This document shows, piece after piece, positions 61,594 through 64,000 of a stretch of 64,000 bases of DNA. The notes below the pieces were generated by a model. That model did not search any database and was not told the DNA's origin. It was given only the letters and a program-made list of their open reading frames with translations. The first letter of the stretch is position 1. Each line of letters opens with the position of its first letter. Both the position numbers and the translations under genes were made by a program. This DNA is from Meyerozyma guilliermondii (Eukaryota): assembly GCA_051546255.1 (NCBI GenBank), contig CP128818.1, positions 1,116,001 through 1,180,000 on the forward strand. Direction: 5' to 3'.

Positions 61594-62618
61594 GGGGCTT
61601 GAGACAATTCTTCCTGTTTTTTGAGAGGTCAAGACGCGCCACACCAATAAAAACCGGGTCTAGAAAGCGCTAGCGATTGCTGGAACAGGGAATGAAAGAG
61701 TAGGTTATCTGAGATGCACGGTTTATTCTCAAGGCGGTGGTCTGTGTGCAGGAGCAGGGATGGGTAAAGGGGGGGAAGAAAGAGGGTATGAAAGGAGATT
61801 AGGAGGATTGGTTTTGGGTTGGTAGTTTATTGTGTTTGAAATAGAAAGATATTTGGTCTTTTGTTTTTTGAATTTTGATTTTTGATATTTGTAGATTTTG
61901 CATTTTGTAGAATCTTGCAATTTCGCAAAGTTACTAAAGTGAAAATTAACGTAACTAAAAGAATAGATTGGAATAAAGATTGGGGAGGGTAAAGAATTAA
62001 AGGAGAAATTGAGTGGAATATCTTCATTATGTTTACTGCATTTGTTCTCTAGACTTTGAATAACAAATTCAGCTCGTTTTGGTTCTTCATCTCGACTTCT
62101 CAATGGTAGCTGTGGCTGAGTAAATTTAGTACAGATCAAATTTGGGAGCCAAGGAACTGGTGGTGTATTCTCACAGCATTGTATATCTCATAGTGTAAAA
62201 CCCGGACTTTTAGCTCTCTTTTTCATTATTCTAGTGCATCGTAAGTTGCAGTGGCTGAGTAGAGAAAAGGTTAATTACGATTTAAACCTAAAAAGTAATC
62301 TATTGGAGCCACCATACGTTACAATTTTGTTTCTTGGTCACTTATCTTGAATTTTTATAGCACTTTGTTCATTTCCTTATTTCACCGATAATTTCAGATT
62401 TGGTACTTGAAGCACTTTCAGAATTGCACATTTTCAAGATGAAGGGGTTACATTATATTGCACGTTAGTGCTTTCTATACACCAAACCATGTACACATAG
62501 CATTCTTGTGACTTCTTGAACTTCTAGAAATGCTCGTTTGAGCTGCAATGAACCCATTGAGTACCACATTTCTATACCTCTCTGGCTCGAAAGACCAATA
62601 AAGTAAATTGCTCTCTTT

Positions 62619-63497
62619 TTACAAGTAAAACTTTCTCTTGTCTCTCTCCATGTCGGGACGGTGTTCCCACTCCACTTCGTCCTTGATGCCTCTTTGCAAT
62701 CTTCTGAGCTTCAATGTGAACTGAGGACCCAATTCTTGAAGACCGACTTTTTCTTCGTTTCGGAATACATAACGGTGTCTCCGGAAAAAGATATAATCTC
62801 GCTGGTTGTGCAAGGTGACCACCTGACGGCCCTGGATTTCCGGACGATGAGGAAACATGGATTGGAAAAGACGACCGACAGTCTTTCCGAGTCGGGTGTT
62901 GAAGTTGTTGAGAACAAGTTCAGGAATATGGTCTGTGGCACGGCCATGGCCCTCGATTCTCTTTGTGTCGACCAACGACGTCACGCTGAAGTAGAACGAG
63001 GGACCCTCGGGGAGATGCATGATTGTCAATCCATTGACTTTTTTCTTGTCCTCGTTGATCACCACCAAATCTGTGTATTCTCGATTGGAGCAAAACTTGG
63101 CCATTTCCTTCATGTTGTACGCTTTCTTACGCTTGACAAATGTCGAGTTGGGCAAGAAATCCATCATAATATCGGCAAACTCGTACGCTTGTTTCTTGGC
63201 ATTGGCATTGGTGGTGATCATGACTTTCGGGTCCCGAGGGTTCTCGAAGTATTTTTGGAACTCGTCACTGCCCTCTATCTCAGCACCAACAGTTTCATCG
63301 TAAACACGCTTCGATTCGAGTGTTTCTGGGATATTATTGGCGATTCTCTCTTCTCGGAGCTGCGGGTTTGCCCTCTCTTCCTTAGCTCTTTCCTTCCTTA
63401 GCGAATGTCTTTCTTTGTTGTGCTTGTGCTTGAGGTCCGAGACCACCCTCTGGCGCCTCTGCTTGTTTTTTATACGCTTGATAGCCTCGCTGTCCAT
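62619..63497 (-). CDS. RPF1: Brix-domain 60S biogenesis factor Rpf1
   Basis: IKNK..R, TLESKRVYD, HLPEGPS.YF, PELVLNNFNTRLG and HNQRDYIFFRRHRY...LQELGPQFTLKL. Confidence 0.95.
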   Translation of the reverse strand: MDSEAIKRIKNKQRRQRVVSDLKHKHNKERHSLRKERAKEERANPQLREERIANNIPETLESKRVYDETVGAEIEGSDEFQKYFENPRDPKVMITTNANAKKQAYEFADIMMDFLPNSTFVKRKKAYNMKEMAKFCSNREYTDLVVINEDKKKVNGLTIMHLPEGPSFYFSVTSLVDTKRIEGHGRATDHIPELVLNNFNTRLGKTVGRLFQSMFPHRPEIQGRQVVTLHNQRDYIFFRRHRYVFRNEEKVGLQELGPQFTLKLRRLQRGIKDEVEWEHRPDMERDKRKFYL

Positions 63498-63573
63498 GCC
63501 AGAGAATTTTCAAAATTCAATTTAAAATTCAATTTTCAATTTCAATTTCTCATTTCTCACTTAATTTTCGTTC

Positions 63574-63586
63574 GCGATGAGATGAG
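63574..63586. promoter_or_regulatory. Full PAC element GCGATGAGATGAG in the RPF1 promoter
   Basis: Exact extended PAC consensus, with RRPE-like AATTTTCA tracts at about 63506-63540. Confidence 0.8.
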
Positions 63587-64000
63587 TGTGGGGAACTCAT
63601 CACCAATCAACCACGGTGAAAAAGATGGTTTCCGGATGGCGCCAAGCCATCAAATCAAAGACATGGACTCGGCAAGACACCATGAGCGCCGGATCGCTCT
63701 ATCACCTTTCCAACTTGCTCCGTCGTCATTTTCCAACGTTGAGGACGGTGCCCGGGTTTCACTTTCTTTATTGTAATCCTTCCAATACTTTTTTGGCACA
63801 AGACGGCTATGACAACTACCAGGCACCGTGTGATGAGGCAGGAAATCTGCTTTTTGCACGGCGAATGTGGGCTCGTGGAGAATTGAACCAGCACGAATGC
63901 CCTTCCATCGGCGAACCCATAGAGTGCAAAGAACAGATAAAAAGTGTTCGAAGCGTGGGAAAGTCGGTTTTTGTTGAAATAGAACGCCAATTGACCTCGA

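Noticed and set aside
63500..64000. Short ORFs upstream of RPF1
   Set aside because: Overlapping, short and without motifs; cannot be supported as genes from this window.

Overview
Gene-dense, intron-poor nuclear DNA of a budding yeast from the CUG-Ser (CTG) clade: conserved Ser positions in Rpn6, Oms1 and Ncp1 are encoded by CTG. The window holds about 32 protein genes and one tRNA-Gln(UUG). Housekeeping blocks lie at 1-15.3 kb (Snx41/Atg20-like, NUP84, RPN6, OMS1, TMA17, MRF1, p24, RRP4, TRM5, Rad4-like, RNH203) and 49.4-63.5 kb (NSE3, NCP1, IPK1, AIM24-like, MKT1, MSN5, RPF1). Between them is a stretch rich in catabolic and transport genes. Three putative clusters stand out. (1) At 42.7-49.2 kb, a partly decayed cluster: an intact YwrD/HpxW-type GGT-like Ntn-hydrolase, a dihydropyrimidinase/hydantoinase (PYD2-like) pseudogene seen only as fragments in the ORF track, an MFS permease broken by a 4-bp duplication, and an intron-containing Zn2Cys6 regulator. 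Its two divergent promoters share a 34-bp CGG-N15-CCG element, and one also carries a perfect 17-bp palindrome. (2) At 32.6-37.5 kb, a putative sulfur-scavenging trio (Seo1/Fen2-like permease, FMO, Jlp1/TauD) with Met31/32-type sites and a cysteine-free Jlp1. (3) At 18.1-22.5 kb, a Dal5-like permease, a class II aldolase-fold protein and a PYD3-like beta-ureidopropionase. All identifications come from motif recognition by eye; no database searches were run.
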